A model generated the notes under the pieces. It ran no database searches. It worked only from the letters and a program-made list of their open reading frames with translations, and was not told the origin of the DNA. A DNA stretch of 64,000 bases from positions 11,586 to 75,585 of the forward strand of contig CATECQ010000008.1 of assembly GCA_949498985.1 (NCBI GenBank), written 5' to 3'. The position numbers were made by a program, and so were the translations under genes. Positions 1-9,252 of this stretch are shown one piece after another. The DNA comes from Glaciecola sp. HTCC2999 (GTDB lineage Bacteria > Pseudomonadota > Gammaproteobacteria > Enterobacterales > Alteromonadaceae). Position 1 is the first letter of the stretch. The number at the start of each line of letters is the position of its first letter.

Positions 1-2952
1 CATTAACTTTAAACAATGAGTAAATAGCAACGACAGTCTGAGTTCAAGTACCCGAGTTTTAGTTAACACCTTATGTAAAAAGCTATGGGTATGGTAATCG
101 TTATCCATTTCAAACAACGCATTAAGGTGAAATTGATAATGTTCGAATTGCCATTCAACCATGTGTGCTTTTTTATCAGGAGTGGTCGCTTGTTGGGATA
201 AACTGGTACTAATCGTGTCTTGTAATCCTTCATATAAGCGTATCTGCTGACTGTGTAACATCCATTGAGAAACATCGCCGCTACTGATTAGGGGGGTCAA
301 AAAATCAAGTCCGGTTTCATGTAAATGATCAGTCACACTATTATCTGATGCGGCACATAGGGCCTGAGCAAGAAGTTTATCTTTAGCAAGTCCATCTAAT
401 GAAAATGGCTCTACATCGTCCATTACATTGAGATATTCATCTAACACAACATCATATTGCTTATTAACGTGTAATTTCAGTGGATGAGTAAATAAGGTGG
501 TTAATTCTTTTTGATCTAGGTATATCTCATCCGGTATTGTAATAGCCGTTTTTTTTGCTGGTAGCACGTTACGCTTGGCTAATGCTAACCAACCTTGATC
601 AAACGAACCGGTTTGTTCAAAATCAGCGTCTTGTGATGCGAATAATGTGGTACTAAACGGTTGCAAGGGAGCACGTTGAACAATGTATGTAGACAATTTA
701 TCTGATTGATTGGTTTCACTCGTAGTTTCATCCTGACTTAATACAAATTTTTGATCAAGGTAATGCAATAATTCCTGGATGACTAAACTCGGCTCGATAA
801 CCTGGTTATCTTTGACACTTTGACCTTGGTAACTCAGGTATAAATAATCACGTGCCGATATCATGGCTTCCAAAAATAAATATCGATCTTCGTTACGACG
901 AGACCTATCGCCTAACATGTACTCACTCTGAGCAATCAAATCGATACTATTGGGCACCGCTATACGTGGAAAGGCACCATCATTGAGCCCTAATATACAA
1001 ATCATTTTAAATGGCACACTACGCATTGGTACCATCGAGCTAAATGTGACTTGTCCGGTCAAAAATTGATTTAATGCATCCGGCGTACTGAATTTATCCG
1101 ATAAACTTTCTCTGACAATGGCCAACCCAATATCAGACGCATACCCTGCTGATTTTACTTGCTTAGTCAATTGACTGATTACTTGCTGAATAACCTGCTC
1201 CGCCTTTTGCTCGGCAGCACTCCCACCGAACAAAGAGTGGCTCATTTCCATTAACAAAGATTCCCATTGCTCAATCGGTTTATCCCCATTAAGTTTGTCA
1301 CGAAACGCTGAAAGGCGATTCACCAAGACTAACAGTTTACCTAAAATCCGACTATTTAAGCCCTCTACTTCATCCATATACGCAAAATGATCATGGGCAT
1401 CTTGTCTTTCACTGTGTAAACAACCTAATGCTAAGCGACTTAACCCCCACTCCCACGTGTAATGTTCTGTCACGTCTTGATTATCAACCCACGTCGCTTT
1501 ATGTTCCTGATTCAATCCCCATTTAATCTGAGAAAGTGATAACCAATTAATAACGAGTGAAAGTTCATCTTGCGTTAAATTCAAATTATTTTGAACGTGG
1601 GGGATGCGTAAATAATCAATGATTTTAGTGACGCTGAAACGACTATCAGGGAGTGATAACATGTCCAAAAACATCATTACTGATGGTTCTGAATTGAGTG
1701 GCGCTCTATCCGCTATTGAACACACTAATTGTGGCGAATCTGACTGAGCGGGTTTGTAGCTAGGTCTAAATATACTGTTGACGAAAGGTGCATAGTCTTC
1801 TACAGAAGGACACATCACCAAAATATCATGAGGCTGAAGATTAGGATCCGCTTTTAATACGCGCAGTAATTCATCGTGTAATGTTTGTACCTCTCTAATA
1901 GCACTGAAACAACTATGAATTTGAATAGATGAATCAAGATCTTCTAAGCTGATGCTCACTGGAGTCACTTGTGCGCTTGCAATGTCTGCTTGAACTTGTT
2001 GAAGCAAATTGGGGCGACTATCTTTTGCTGGAGCAATAAATAACTGACTATCCGTCATATCAGGATAATGTATATCTTGTAATTGGTTAAATAACCCCCG
2101 TCCTTGTTGACCTAAATTAGCTAATATAGGATGCGATAAATCTTCAGCCACTAATTCCTCAATGCCTTGCGATAAGCGTTGACGTAATAACGCTTTATCA
2201 CTGATGACATCTCCCCAGTATTGACTACAAGGATTCAAGAAAAATAAATAAACATCCGTGTATTGAGCTAGGGCACTGAAAAATTCAATTTGTGTTGGAG
2301 ATAAAGTATTCACCGCAAAGATAATAATAGATGAGGGTAATTTATCTTGATGTTGTGATAATTGTGATATTGAACTGGCACGTAATGCTGCTGGATGATT
2401 GGGATGAATCTCGACCAACCGTTCCCAAATCAGTTGCTGCCAAGGTTCAAGCGTATCAGTTAATCCTATTAAACCGCCTTGTTCCCAGGTCGCTAACCAA
2501 TCTGCACGATAAATTAGATATTGCTCATACACATCAGCAAGCTGTTTTGCTAAACGAAAACATTGCAAAAGTGACTCAGACTGATTTTGCCAATAAGCAT
2601 TAGCGTAAGCAGAACGAGGATCACTGATAAATGCCTCATCTTGTAAAATCGTAAAAATATTCCAGACTAAATATTCACGTTTATAAGGGGAATCTTCAGG
2701 TACAGTATCGCCCAAAACCAAACGGCATATATTGTAGATCTCACGCGATACTAGGGGAAATTGAATATTCATAGACAAACCGGTCTGTTTAGCAATTTCC
2801 ATATTCAAGTAATGTTGCATGCCTTGGCTTTCTACTAAGATGGTCGTCGGCTCAAATACCCCACGAATGCCTCGTTTAAAATCATCCTGAATAAACGAAA
2901 TTAAGACTTGCGTTAGAATTTCTTGTTTATTGGAAGGCACAACGTGAAACAT
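1..2952 (-). CDS. recC: Exodeoxyribonuclease V gamma subunit; 3' end runs off the window
   Basis: Absent from the ORF track (no stop seen in the window). ATG at 2952 gives MFHVVPSNKQEIL; the same frame at 1068 reads QFLTGQVTFSSMVPMRSVPFK, matching the RecC motif. Confidence 0.92.
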   Translation of the reverse strand, partial: MFHVVPSNKQEILTQVLISFIQDDFKRGIRGVFEPTTILVESQGMQHYLNMEIAKQTGLSMNIQFPLVSREIYNICRLVLGDTVPEDSPYKREYLVWNIFTILQDEAFISDPRSAYANAYWQNQSESLLQCFRLAKQLADVYEQYLIYRADWLATWEQGGLIGLTDTLEPWQQLIWERLVEIHPNHPAALRASSISQLSQHQDKLPSSIIIFAVNTLSPTQIEFFSALAQYTDVYLFFLNPCSQYWGDVISDKALLRQRLSQGIEELVAEDLSHPILANLGQQGRGLFNQLQDIHYPDMTDSQLFIAPAKDSRPNLLQQVQADIASAQVTPVSISLEDLDSSIQIHSCFSAIREVQTLHDELLRVLKADPNLQPHDILVMCPSVEDYAPFVNSIFRPSYKPAQSDSPQLVCSIADRAPLNSEPSVMMFLDMLSLPDSRFSVTKIIDYLRIPHVQNNLNLTQDELSLVINWLSLSQIKWGLNQEHKATWVDNQDVTEHYTWEWGLSRLALGCLHSERQDAHDHFAYMDEVEGLNSRILGKLLVLVNRLSAFRDKLNGDKPIEQWESLLMEMSHSLFGGSAAEQKAEQVIQQVISQLTKQVKSAGYASDIGLAIVRESLSDKFSTPDALNQFLTGQVTFSSMVPMRSVPFKMICILGLNDGAFPRIAVPNSIDLIAQSEYMLGDRSRRNEDRYLFLEAMISARDYLYLSYQGQSVKDNQVIEPSLVIQELLHYLDQKFVLSQDETTSETNQSDKLSTYIVQRAPLQPFSTTLFASQDADFEQTGSFDQGWLALAKRNVLPAKKTAITIPDEIYLDQKELTTLFTHPLKLHVNKQYDVVLDEYLNVMDDVEPFSLDGLAKDKLLAQALCAASDNSVTDHLHETGLDFLTPLISSGDVSQWMLHSQQIRLYEGLQDTISTSLSQQATTPDKKAHMVEWQFEHYQFHLNALFEMDNDYHTHSFLHKVLTKTRVLELRLSLLFTHCLKLM

Positions 2953-3027
2953 AATGAATATCCTTTTACACAATCGACACCGATAAAATGCTCAAAAAAA
3001 AAGCGATTAAATCTCTTTTTAACGAGC

Positions 3028-3043
3028 ATGTATGTTTATACAG
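3028..3043. promoter_or_regulatory. LexA/SOS-box-like site with one mismatch
   Basis: ATGT-atgtttat-ACAG vs consensus CTGT-N8-ACAG, followed by TA; lies in the recC/dUTPase divergent gap. Confidence 0.35.
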
Positions 3044-3178
3044 TAGATATCTAAGTAAACACTATCAATGGCTGTTTTGCAATACAAAATAAATTAATCG
3101 CACAGAATTAACGACAAACTTTACCCACTGAATAAAAACAGTTTAAACTAGACTGATTATCATTTGATGGAAAAGTTT

Positions 3179-3835
3179 ATGTTACACGCTCAGCAACTAG
3201 CAACTATGCTTGATTTACAACAAAAAATGAATGCAAAAGTTAATCCTGATTGGATCAATGCAGGTTATGGATTTATGCGAGCAGCGATGGTCGAATCGGT
3301 TGAAGCCATCGAACATCATGGTTGGAAATGGTGGAAAGCTCAAGAAAAAGACTTGCCACAGTTACAAATGGAATGTGTGGATGTTTGGCATTTTGCATTG
3401 TCTCATATCCTCATTGAATACCAAGGTGATGTGACCGCAAGTGCTAAATCGATTGCCCAACAACTGACAGCATCGGTGAATGAATTGACGTTTGATGGAA
3501 CCGACTATGAGTTTACGCAACAAACATTACTCGATAATTTAGAGTTAATGACAGGTCTGGCAGCAGCTAAACGCTTTAACGTCAGTTTATTTATGACCAT
3601 TATTGAACAATGTGAAATGTCGACAGACACCCTTTTTGAACAATATGTCGGTAAAAATATCCTCAACTTCTTCCGCCAAGACCATGGCTATAAAACAGGG
3701 ACTTACATCAAAGAATGGAATGGAAGAGAAGATAATGAACATCTCGTTGAAGTATTAGCCGAATTAGATTCCACCTTAGACAATTATGCCGATGCCGTAT
3801 ATGAACAACTGTCACTGCGCTACCCTAATCAGTAA
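3179..3835 (+). CDS. Dimeric all-alpha dUTP diphosphatase (dUTPase_2 family)
   Basis: Motifs E..E..EHHGWKWWK, ECVDVWHF, YVGKNILNFFRQDHGY, WNGREDNE. ATG 3179 chosen because GGA lies upstream. Confidence 0.88.
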   Translation: MLHAQQLATMLDLQQKMNAKVNPDWINAGYGFMRAAMVESVEAIEHHGWKWWKAQEKDLPQLQMECVDVWHFALSHILIEYQGDVTASAKSIAQQLTASVNELTFDGTDYEFTQQTLLDNLELMTGLAAAKRFNVSLFMTIIEQCEMSTDTLFEQYVGKNILNFFRQDHGYKTGTYIKEWNGREDNEHLVEVLAELDSTLDNYADAVYEQLSLRYPNQ

Positions 3836-3866
3836 TTTAAAGTAAATAGCGCTCTATATGTTTAAC

Positions 3867-3895
3867 AAAAAGCCCTCATAAATGAGGGCTTTTTT
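3867..3895. terminator. Bidirectional intrinsic terminator
   Basis: AAAAAGCCCTCAT-AA-ATGAGGGCTTTTT between convergent genes. Confidence 0.9.
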
Positions 3896-3922
3896 AATAT
3901 AAAGAACATACTTTTTATCAGT

Positions 3923-5566
3923 TTAATCGATAAATGTGACTTTTTGATCGTATTTAGATTGGATAATATCCGCAAACCGCTCTTCTAGAACATGACGCTT
4001 CACTTTTAAGGTCGGCGTTAATAAAGCATTATCAATCGTCCATTCATCTTTCAAAACAATAAAATTGTCTAAACGCATATGACTTTCTAGCGTCGCATTT
4101 ACTTGCTGAAGGGTATTTGATAAAGAAGCTGATAATTCATCACGGGATAAGTGATTAGCCTCAGCTGACAGTACCATTAACGCAACTGGTTGTGGTAAAT
4201 CACACCCAGTGACACAGACTTGCTCGACATTTGTATTTTCGACAATCTTAGCTTCAATTGGCGCTGGAACCACATATTTACCTTTAGACGTTTTAAAAAT
4301 CTCTTTTAAGCGCCCCGTGATTTTAACAAAGCCCTCACTATCAATTTCACCTTTGTCGCCTGTACGTAAGTATCCATCATCGGTCATGGTCTCTGCCGTT
4401 TTTTCAGGTTCTAAATAATACCCTAACATGACACAAGGCGCTTTTACCTGGATCTCACCTGCTTCAGAGATGCGGATATCCACACCGTCATACGCTTTGC
4501 CAATCGTACCGACCTTATCTGAACGAAATGGTACGGCTGAAGTCCCATAAGCTGAGTTTTCAGTCATCCCCCACCCTTCGGATATCGTAATGCCTAATTT
4601 CTCAAACCAGCGAATAACTGCTGGCCCCAACGGGGCTGAACCCGATGCAAATAAACGTGTCGAATCGAGGCCTAATCCAGTTCTTATTTTCTTTGCGACA
4701 ATTCCCTTGATAATTGGAACACTTAAGAGTAATGACAGTTTTTTCTGTGGCATTTTTGCCAAAACACCCATTTGAAACTTCGTCCATAATCGCGGGACAG
4801 AAACAAATAATGTGGGTTGAGCATTGACGACATCATGATTAAATGTGTCCAGTGATTCGACAAACGTAATTTGCATGCCTGAATAAAAACTGGCTAGTTC
4901 AACAATCACACGTTCAGTAATATGTGCAAGTGGTAAATAACTCATTACGCGATCAGATTTATCACAATCTAGCTGGTTTAAACAAGAATGTGCGGCCCAA
5001 TTAATGGTAGCAAAACTATGCATAACACCTTTAGGCTGACCTGTCGAACCCGATGTATAAATGATGGTCATGAGTTCATCTTTATCACGGTTCGGGTTAT
5101 CCGATAATGGCGCAATATCAGTAAATTCTGCCCATGTGGAATTTCCAGGGATACCTTCGTATGGAAATGCGACTGTCGGCATATCGTCAGGAATAGGAGC
5201 AACCGCGGATTCAATATTATCTAATTTCCCAACAAACATCAGTTTGACGTCGGCATGCTTCAGTACATAATTAATGGTATCACCACCGGCTGTGGCGAAA
5301 ATTGGTACAGAAACATGTCCTGCCATCATGATGGCTAAATCAGTAATAAACCAATGCGCACAGTTTTTGGAAAAAATACAAATGCGACTTCCTGGGTCTA
5401 AGGCTAAAGCTTTTATACCCGCCGCGACTTGACGCACTTCCTGACCAACTTCGGCCCAGGTAAAATTGCGTACTTTACCGTTGATAGGTTGACGTAGATA
5501 GACATCATTAGGATGATTAGTTTCCCAATGATAAAGCATTTCTAAAGGAGATTTAAAGTCTTTCAT
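3923..5566 (-). CDS. Long-chain fatty-acid--CoA ligase (AMP-binding)
   Basis: IIYTSGSTGQPKG, EGWGMTE and LRTGDKG adenylate-forming motifs; start placed at MKDFKSP. Confidence 0.88.
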   Translation of the reverse strand: MKDFKSPLEMLYHWETNHPNDVYLRQPINGKVRNFTWAEVGQEVRQVAAGIKALALDPGSRICIFSKNCAHWFITDLAIMMAGHVSVPIFATAGGDTINYVLKHADVKLMFVGKLDNIESAVAPIPDDMPTVAFPYEGIPGNSTWAEFTDIAPLSDNPNRDKDELMTIIYTSGSTGQPKGVMHSFATINWAAHSCLNQLDCDKSDRVMSYLPLAHITERVIVELASFYSGMQITFVESLDTFNHDVVNAQPTLFVSVPRLWTKFQMGVLAKMPQKKLSLLLSVPIIKGIVAKKIRTGLGLDSTRLFASGSAPLGPAVIRWFEKLGITISEGWGMTENSAYGTSAVPFRSDKVGTIGKAYDGVDIRISEAGEIQVKAPCVMLGYYLEPEKTAETMTDDGYLRTGDKGEIDSEGFVKITGRLKEIFKTSKGKYVVPAPIEAKIVENTNVEQVCVTGCDLPQPVALMVLSAEANHLSRDELSASLSNTLQQVNATLESHMRLDNFIVLKDEWTIDNALLTPTLKVKRHVLEERFADIIQSKYDQKVTFID

Positions 5567-5672
5567 TGTGTGATCGCTTTTATTATTATCAAATGGCATG
5601 CATGCTCCATGATTATGACGCATTATCAACATTAAGTTAACATCATCTAAAGTTGGAACAACTTTTATACTG

Positions 5673-5689
5673 GACAATTATAACCAGTT
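5673..5689 (-). promoter_or_regulatory. FadR-like operator overlapping a TATAAT upstream of the acyl-CoA ligase
   Basis: Minus strand AACTGGTTATAATTGTC vs FadR consensus AACTGGTCnGACCAGTT; only the left half matches well. Confidence 0.4.
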
Positions 5690-5857
5690 TTCGGGTAAAT
5701 TACCGCTCAATTGTTGTGTTTTATTTACTTTTTTACAGATTTTAGCGTAAATTTTACAAATTGGTAGATTATTTAAAAATAGTTAAACTTGTAAATTAGG
5801 TGTTTCACTTAACCTGTTAGTTCATTTTGTATGTTACGTCAGAGCAGTCTCTAGGGG

Positions 5858-7228
5858 CTATCTTTTGACGGCTATCCGTTTCGCATTGACTGCACCGCGC
5901 TTAATCATGACCGGCGATGAAAGCTGAAATAGATCACCATTTTGACCGACTAATCGTGATTTGACTCCACTGTCTATTGCTATTTCACTGTGTCGTTGTA
6001 AATGTTCAGGCTCTCCATGTACCGGAACACTTATCGCAGGCTTGACCCATTGATACATACTTTTAAGTTCTTGCTCATTAGGATGACCTGATGCATGAAT
6101 AGGGAGTACAGCATCATGAGCCTGAACCACTTGGATGTGTCGCGAGCTAAGCGCCTTCACTAATTGTTCTATTGGTTTTTCATTACCTGGGATAGTAATC
6201 GTACTGAATATGACGGTGTCTTTAGCACTTAACGATAAATCACGATGATTATCCTTAGCCAACTGTCCAAGTGCTGCTCGAGGTTCACCTTGCGAGCCCG
6301 TAGCTACAACCAATACTTCTTCTTCTGGCAAATAACCAACATGACGGCGATCAATAATGATACAGTCTTCAGGCCAATATCCAGTTCGCCGCGCAATTCC
6401 TATCATATTCACCAATGAGCGACCAAAAACCGCCATTCGACGTCCGGTGCGTTGAGCGACACGGGCAAGTGTAATTAAGCGAGCAATATTTGAAGCAAAA
6501 CACGTCACGACAACACGTTTGGGAGCGCTATTAATGTAGTGATATAACCCTGATTCACAAGCACTTTCAGACACAGAATTACCATGTTTCAATGCATTAG
6601 TTGAATCACATACCATGGCATCTATGTTGAGTGACGCAAGTTGCATGAAATGATCACGGTTGACTCCCTCCCCAACGACAGGGTTCGAATCCAACTTCCA
6701 ATCTCCAGTGTGAAACACTTTTCCGGCTGGTGTCTTAATCAACAATCCACACGGTTCAGGTAACGAATGAGTAATGGGCAACCACTTAACGCTAAATGGT
6801 CCGATAGTAAATTCATCGAGCGGTTCGATTTCAACAATATCGACCAAATGCCCAAATTCGACTTCACTGAGTTTGCGTCGTAATACTTCTGCAGTGAATT
6901 TAGTCGTATAAATCGGCTGTTTAAAACGTTCCCACAAATAGGGAATACCACCGACATGATCTTCATGCGCATGAGTGATAATAATACCAGCCAGTTGATC
7001 ACGGCGATCTTCAATAAATGTTGGATCGGCGGCCACTAATTCATGTCGTTTGACATATTCGTCTTTGTCATGTGCCGGATTTAATGGGGAATTAAACGTT
7101 AGCCCACAATCAACCATCAACCATTGTCCGTTATGGCCATAGAGATTAAGATTCATGCCAATCTCACCACACCCTCCCAATGGCATAAACCAAAGCTGGG
7201 TATGATTAGGGGTTAACTGAGTGGTAAT
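5858..7228 (-). CDS. rnj: Ribonuclease J (metallo-beta-lactamase/beta-CASP), probable ATT start
   Basis: PLGGCGEIGMN, THAHEDHVGG, HTGDWKLD, TGSQGEP, HASGH, PVHGE. First ATG is 7186; the frame is open to ATT at 7228 behind GAGGTGA. Confidence 0.88.
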   Translation of the reverse strand: MTTQLTPNHTQLWFMPLGGCGEIGMNLNLYGHNGQWLMVDCGLTFNSPLNPAHDKDEYVKRHELVAADPTFIEDRRDQLAGIIITHAHEDHVGGIPYLWERFKQPIYTTKFTAEVLRRKLSEVEFGHLVDIVEIEPLDEFTIGPFSVKWLPITHSLPEPCGLLIKTPAGKVFHTGDWKLDSNPVVGEGVNRDHFMQLASLNIDAMVCDSTNALKHGNSVSESACESGLYHYINSAPKRVVVTCFASNIARLITLARVAQRTGRRMAVFGRSLVNMIGIARRTGYWPEDCIIIDRRHVGYLPEEEVLVVATGSQGEPRAALGQLAKDNHRDLSLSAKDTVIFSTITIPGNEKPIEQLVKALSSRHIQVVQAHDAVLPIHASGHPNEQELKSMYQWVKPAISVPVHGEPEHLQRHSEIAIDSGVKSRLVGQNGDLFQLSSPVMIKRGAVNAKRIAVKR

Positions 7229-7406
7229 AAATCACCTCGATGATGCAATAGATTTGATATTCACTATACCATTCATCAAACAAAGCTTTGCACGTTTTTG
7301 TCGATTTCTATGCGCAATTTAATTAGTTAAAGGTGCTTCACAAGATGCTGAATAAATAATAGTGTCTGGGGATGAACAATCTATATATATGGTTTATTAT
7401 AAGAAT

Positions 7407-8147
7407 ATGATCATATTTTTATTGTTATTTATCGCTCATTGTCTGGCTGATTATTATCTTCAACGCCACAGTTGGATAATGGATAAAGTCGCTCGTCATG
7501 AACGTTCCGTGGGCTTGTTATACCATATGTTGACTCACGTACTGCTTACCGGAGCCACATTATTTTGGTTAGTCGGTTTTAATGGCTCGTGGTTTATGCT
7601 GTGGATATGGATTTTAATAATCGGTACACATTATCTCATTGATATTTGGAAAACTTACCAAACCTTTACTCTGCCCTACTATCTAGCGGACCAAATCGGC
7701 CACATCGTGGTATTAATTCTAGCCACTTATCTGCTCATTAATAGTCACGCATTACCAGACAGTACCTACACTTTCTTACTCGAGCATCAAGCAATCATTA
7801 TCTGGAGTGCTGCCTTAGTATTTTTAGCTAACCCTATGGCGATTACGATCATGGTGATACTCATGCCTTTACGTGAAAAAATGCATCAAAAGGACACATC
7901 TATTGCAGTAAGCCCCTCCAATGAGGGTCATTATATCGGGATCCTTGAACGCACAATCGTATTATTTTCTGTTGGCACTGGCCAGTATGTCATCCCGGTA
8001 TTGCTGTTTATCGGTAAGTTATTTGTGCGTTTGCGTGAGGAAAAAGTTATCGCCAAGCCCTTGCACCGTCAGTATGTGATTTTTGGTACAAGCTTAAGTA
8101 TGATTAGTGCGTTACTAGTCGCTATGTGGGTCTCTACTAGCACCTAG
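7407..8147 (+). CDS. DUF3307-like membrane protein
   Basis: AHCLADYYLQ, HYLID, DQIGH, YIGILER, YVIFGTSLS; multiple TM segments. Start uncertain (7362, 7389 or 7407). Confidence 0.75.
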   Translation: MIIFLLLFIAHCLADYYLQRHSWIMDKVARHERSVGLLYHMLTHVLLTGATLFWLVGFNGSWFMLWIWILIIGTHYLIDIWKTYQTFTLPYYLADQIGHIVVLILATYLLINSHALPDSTYTFLLEHQAIIIWSAALVFLANPMAITIMVILMPLREKMHQKDTSIAVSPSNEGHYIGILERTIVLFSVGTGQYVIPVLLFIGKLFVRLREEKVIAKPLHRQYVIFGTSLSMISALLVAMWVSTST

Positions 8148-9235
8148 TCCAATGCCATCATTGCGATGTGATCTTGACGTAATGAGCTGACAAATAATTT
8201 CCCCTCATGCGGCAAGGCGGATGTAATGGATGTGTAAGCATGCGATGTCTGTAGATTTTTAAATACCTGTCCTGATTCATCCAGCGCTATCACCATTCCA
8301 TACTCTTGAGCAGGCTTAAACCAGTGCGCAGGGATCCCGCCCAACAAACGACGTATGAATGGATAAGGCGCTAGATGCTCCACTAAAGGGTCGCGTAAGT
8401 TTATTAATCCTACCCAAAAATTTCCAGCCGGATCGCGATAGATATTATCTGGCATACCGGGTAGTTGATCGACAAAAATCGATATCATCCCGGCATTCTC
8501 ACCCGTCAGTGAATATTTTAAAATACGTGCTTTTCCCGTTTCATTCACCAACAAATAATCATTTTGTTGAGAAATCGCTACGCCGTTTGCGAAAAACAAA
8601 TTATCCATGAGTAAGGTTAGTTTTTTACTGTGAGGCTCAAATGCAAATATTCGCCCGGTCATACTCGTTTCGATAAAATCATATACAAAATTATGCATAT
8701 CAAAGCGCATAGATGCATCTGAAAAGTAAATTGTACCGTCATCACCTACTGCAAGATGATCCACAAATCGCAACCGCTCTCCTAAATAATGAGTCGCTAA
8801 CACTGACATTTTTCCTGATGAGGTCATTTTTAATAACCCTTTTACCGCATCTGCAATCACTAAATCGCCTTGGCCGTTAAAACGAAGACCTAATGGACGA
8901 CCTTGGGTGTTATGAATGTACTTGGCAGAGGCATTGATATCCTTAGCGTGAGGATCAAATGACACAATATCGCCATTCTCATAAGCGGTGTATAACATGC
9001 CATCAGGCCCTAAAGCTAAATCTTCAGGCCCTATACCTTGGGTAGGTAATAGCGGTTGCAGTGCATCTAAGCGATTATTTTTGGAATATACCCCCTCAAG
9101 TGTTTGAGGAGGATCAGGCTGCCAAATGACAGGTTGCAATTCAGAGGTCATAAATAAATAACAACCCAGTATGACACCTCCTATCACTAACATACAGATA
9201 CTATATTTAATGGTATTAGTTAAAGAGGTGAACAT
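8144..9235 (-). CDS. Strictosidine synthase-like / SMP-30 beta-propeller
   Basis: GPED, GRPLG, IYFSDAS, LFFANGVAIS, LPGMPDNI; N-terminal membrane anchor. Confidence 0.85.
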   Translation of the reverse strand: MFTSLTNTIKYSICMLVIGGVILGCYLFMTSELQPVIWQPDPPQTLEGVYSKNNRLDALQPLLPTQGIGPEDLALGPDGMLYTAYENGDIVSFDPHAKDINASAKYIHNTQGRPLGLRFNGQGDLVIADAVKGLLKMTSSGKMSVLATHYLGERLRFVDHLAVGDDGTIYFSDASMRFDMHNFVYDFIETSMTGRIFAFEPHSKKLTLLMDNLFFANGVAISQQNDYLLVNETGKARILKYSLTGENAGMISIFVDQLPGMPDNIYRDPAGNFWVGLINLRDPLVEHLAPYPFIRRLLGGIPAHWFKPAQEYGMVIALDESGQVFKNLQTSHAYTSITSALPHEGKLFVSSLRQDHIAMMALD

Positions 9236-9252
9236 TATTTACTCTGTATATA

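Noticed and set aside
63-2603. Short ORFs 63..275 and 2331..2603 from the track
   Set aside because: Alternative-frame or antisense shadows inside recC.
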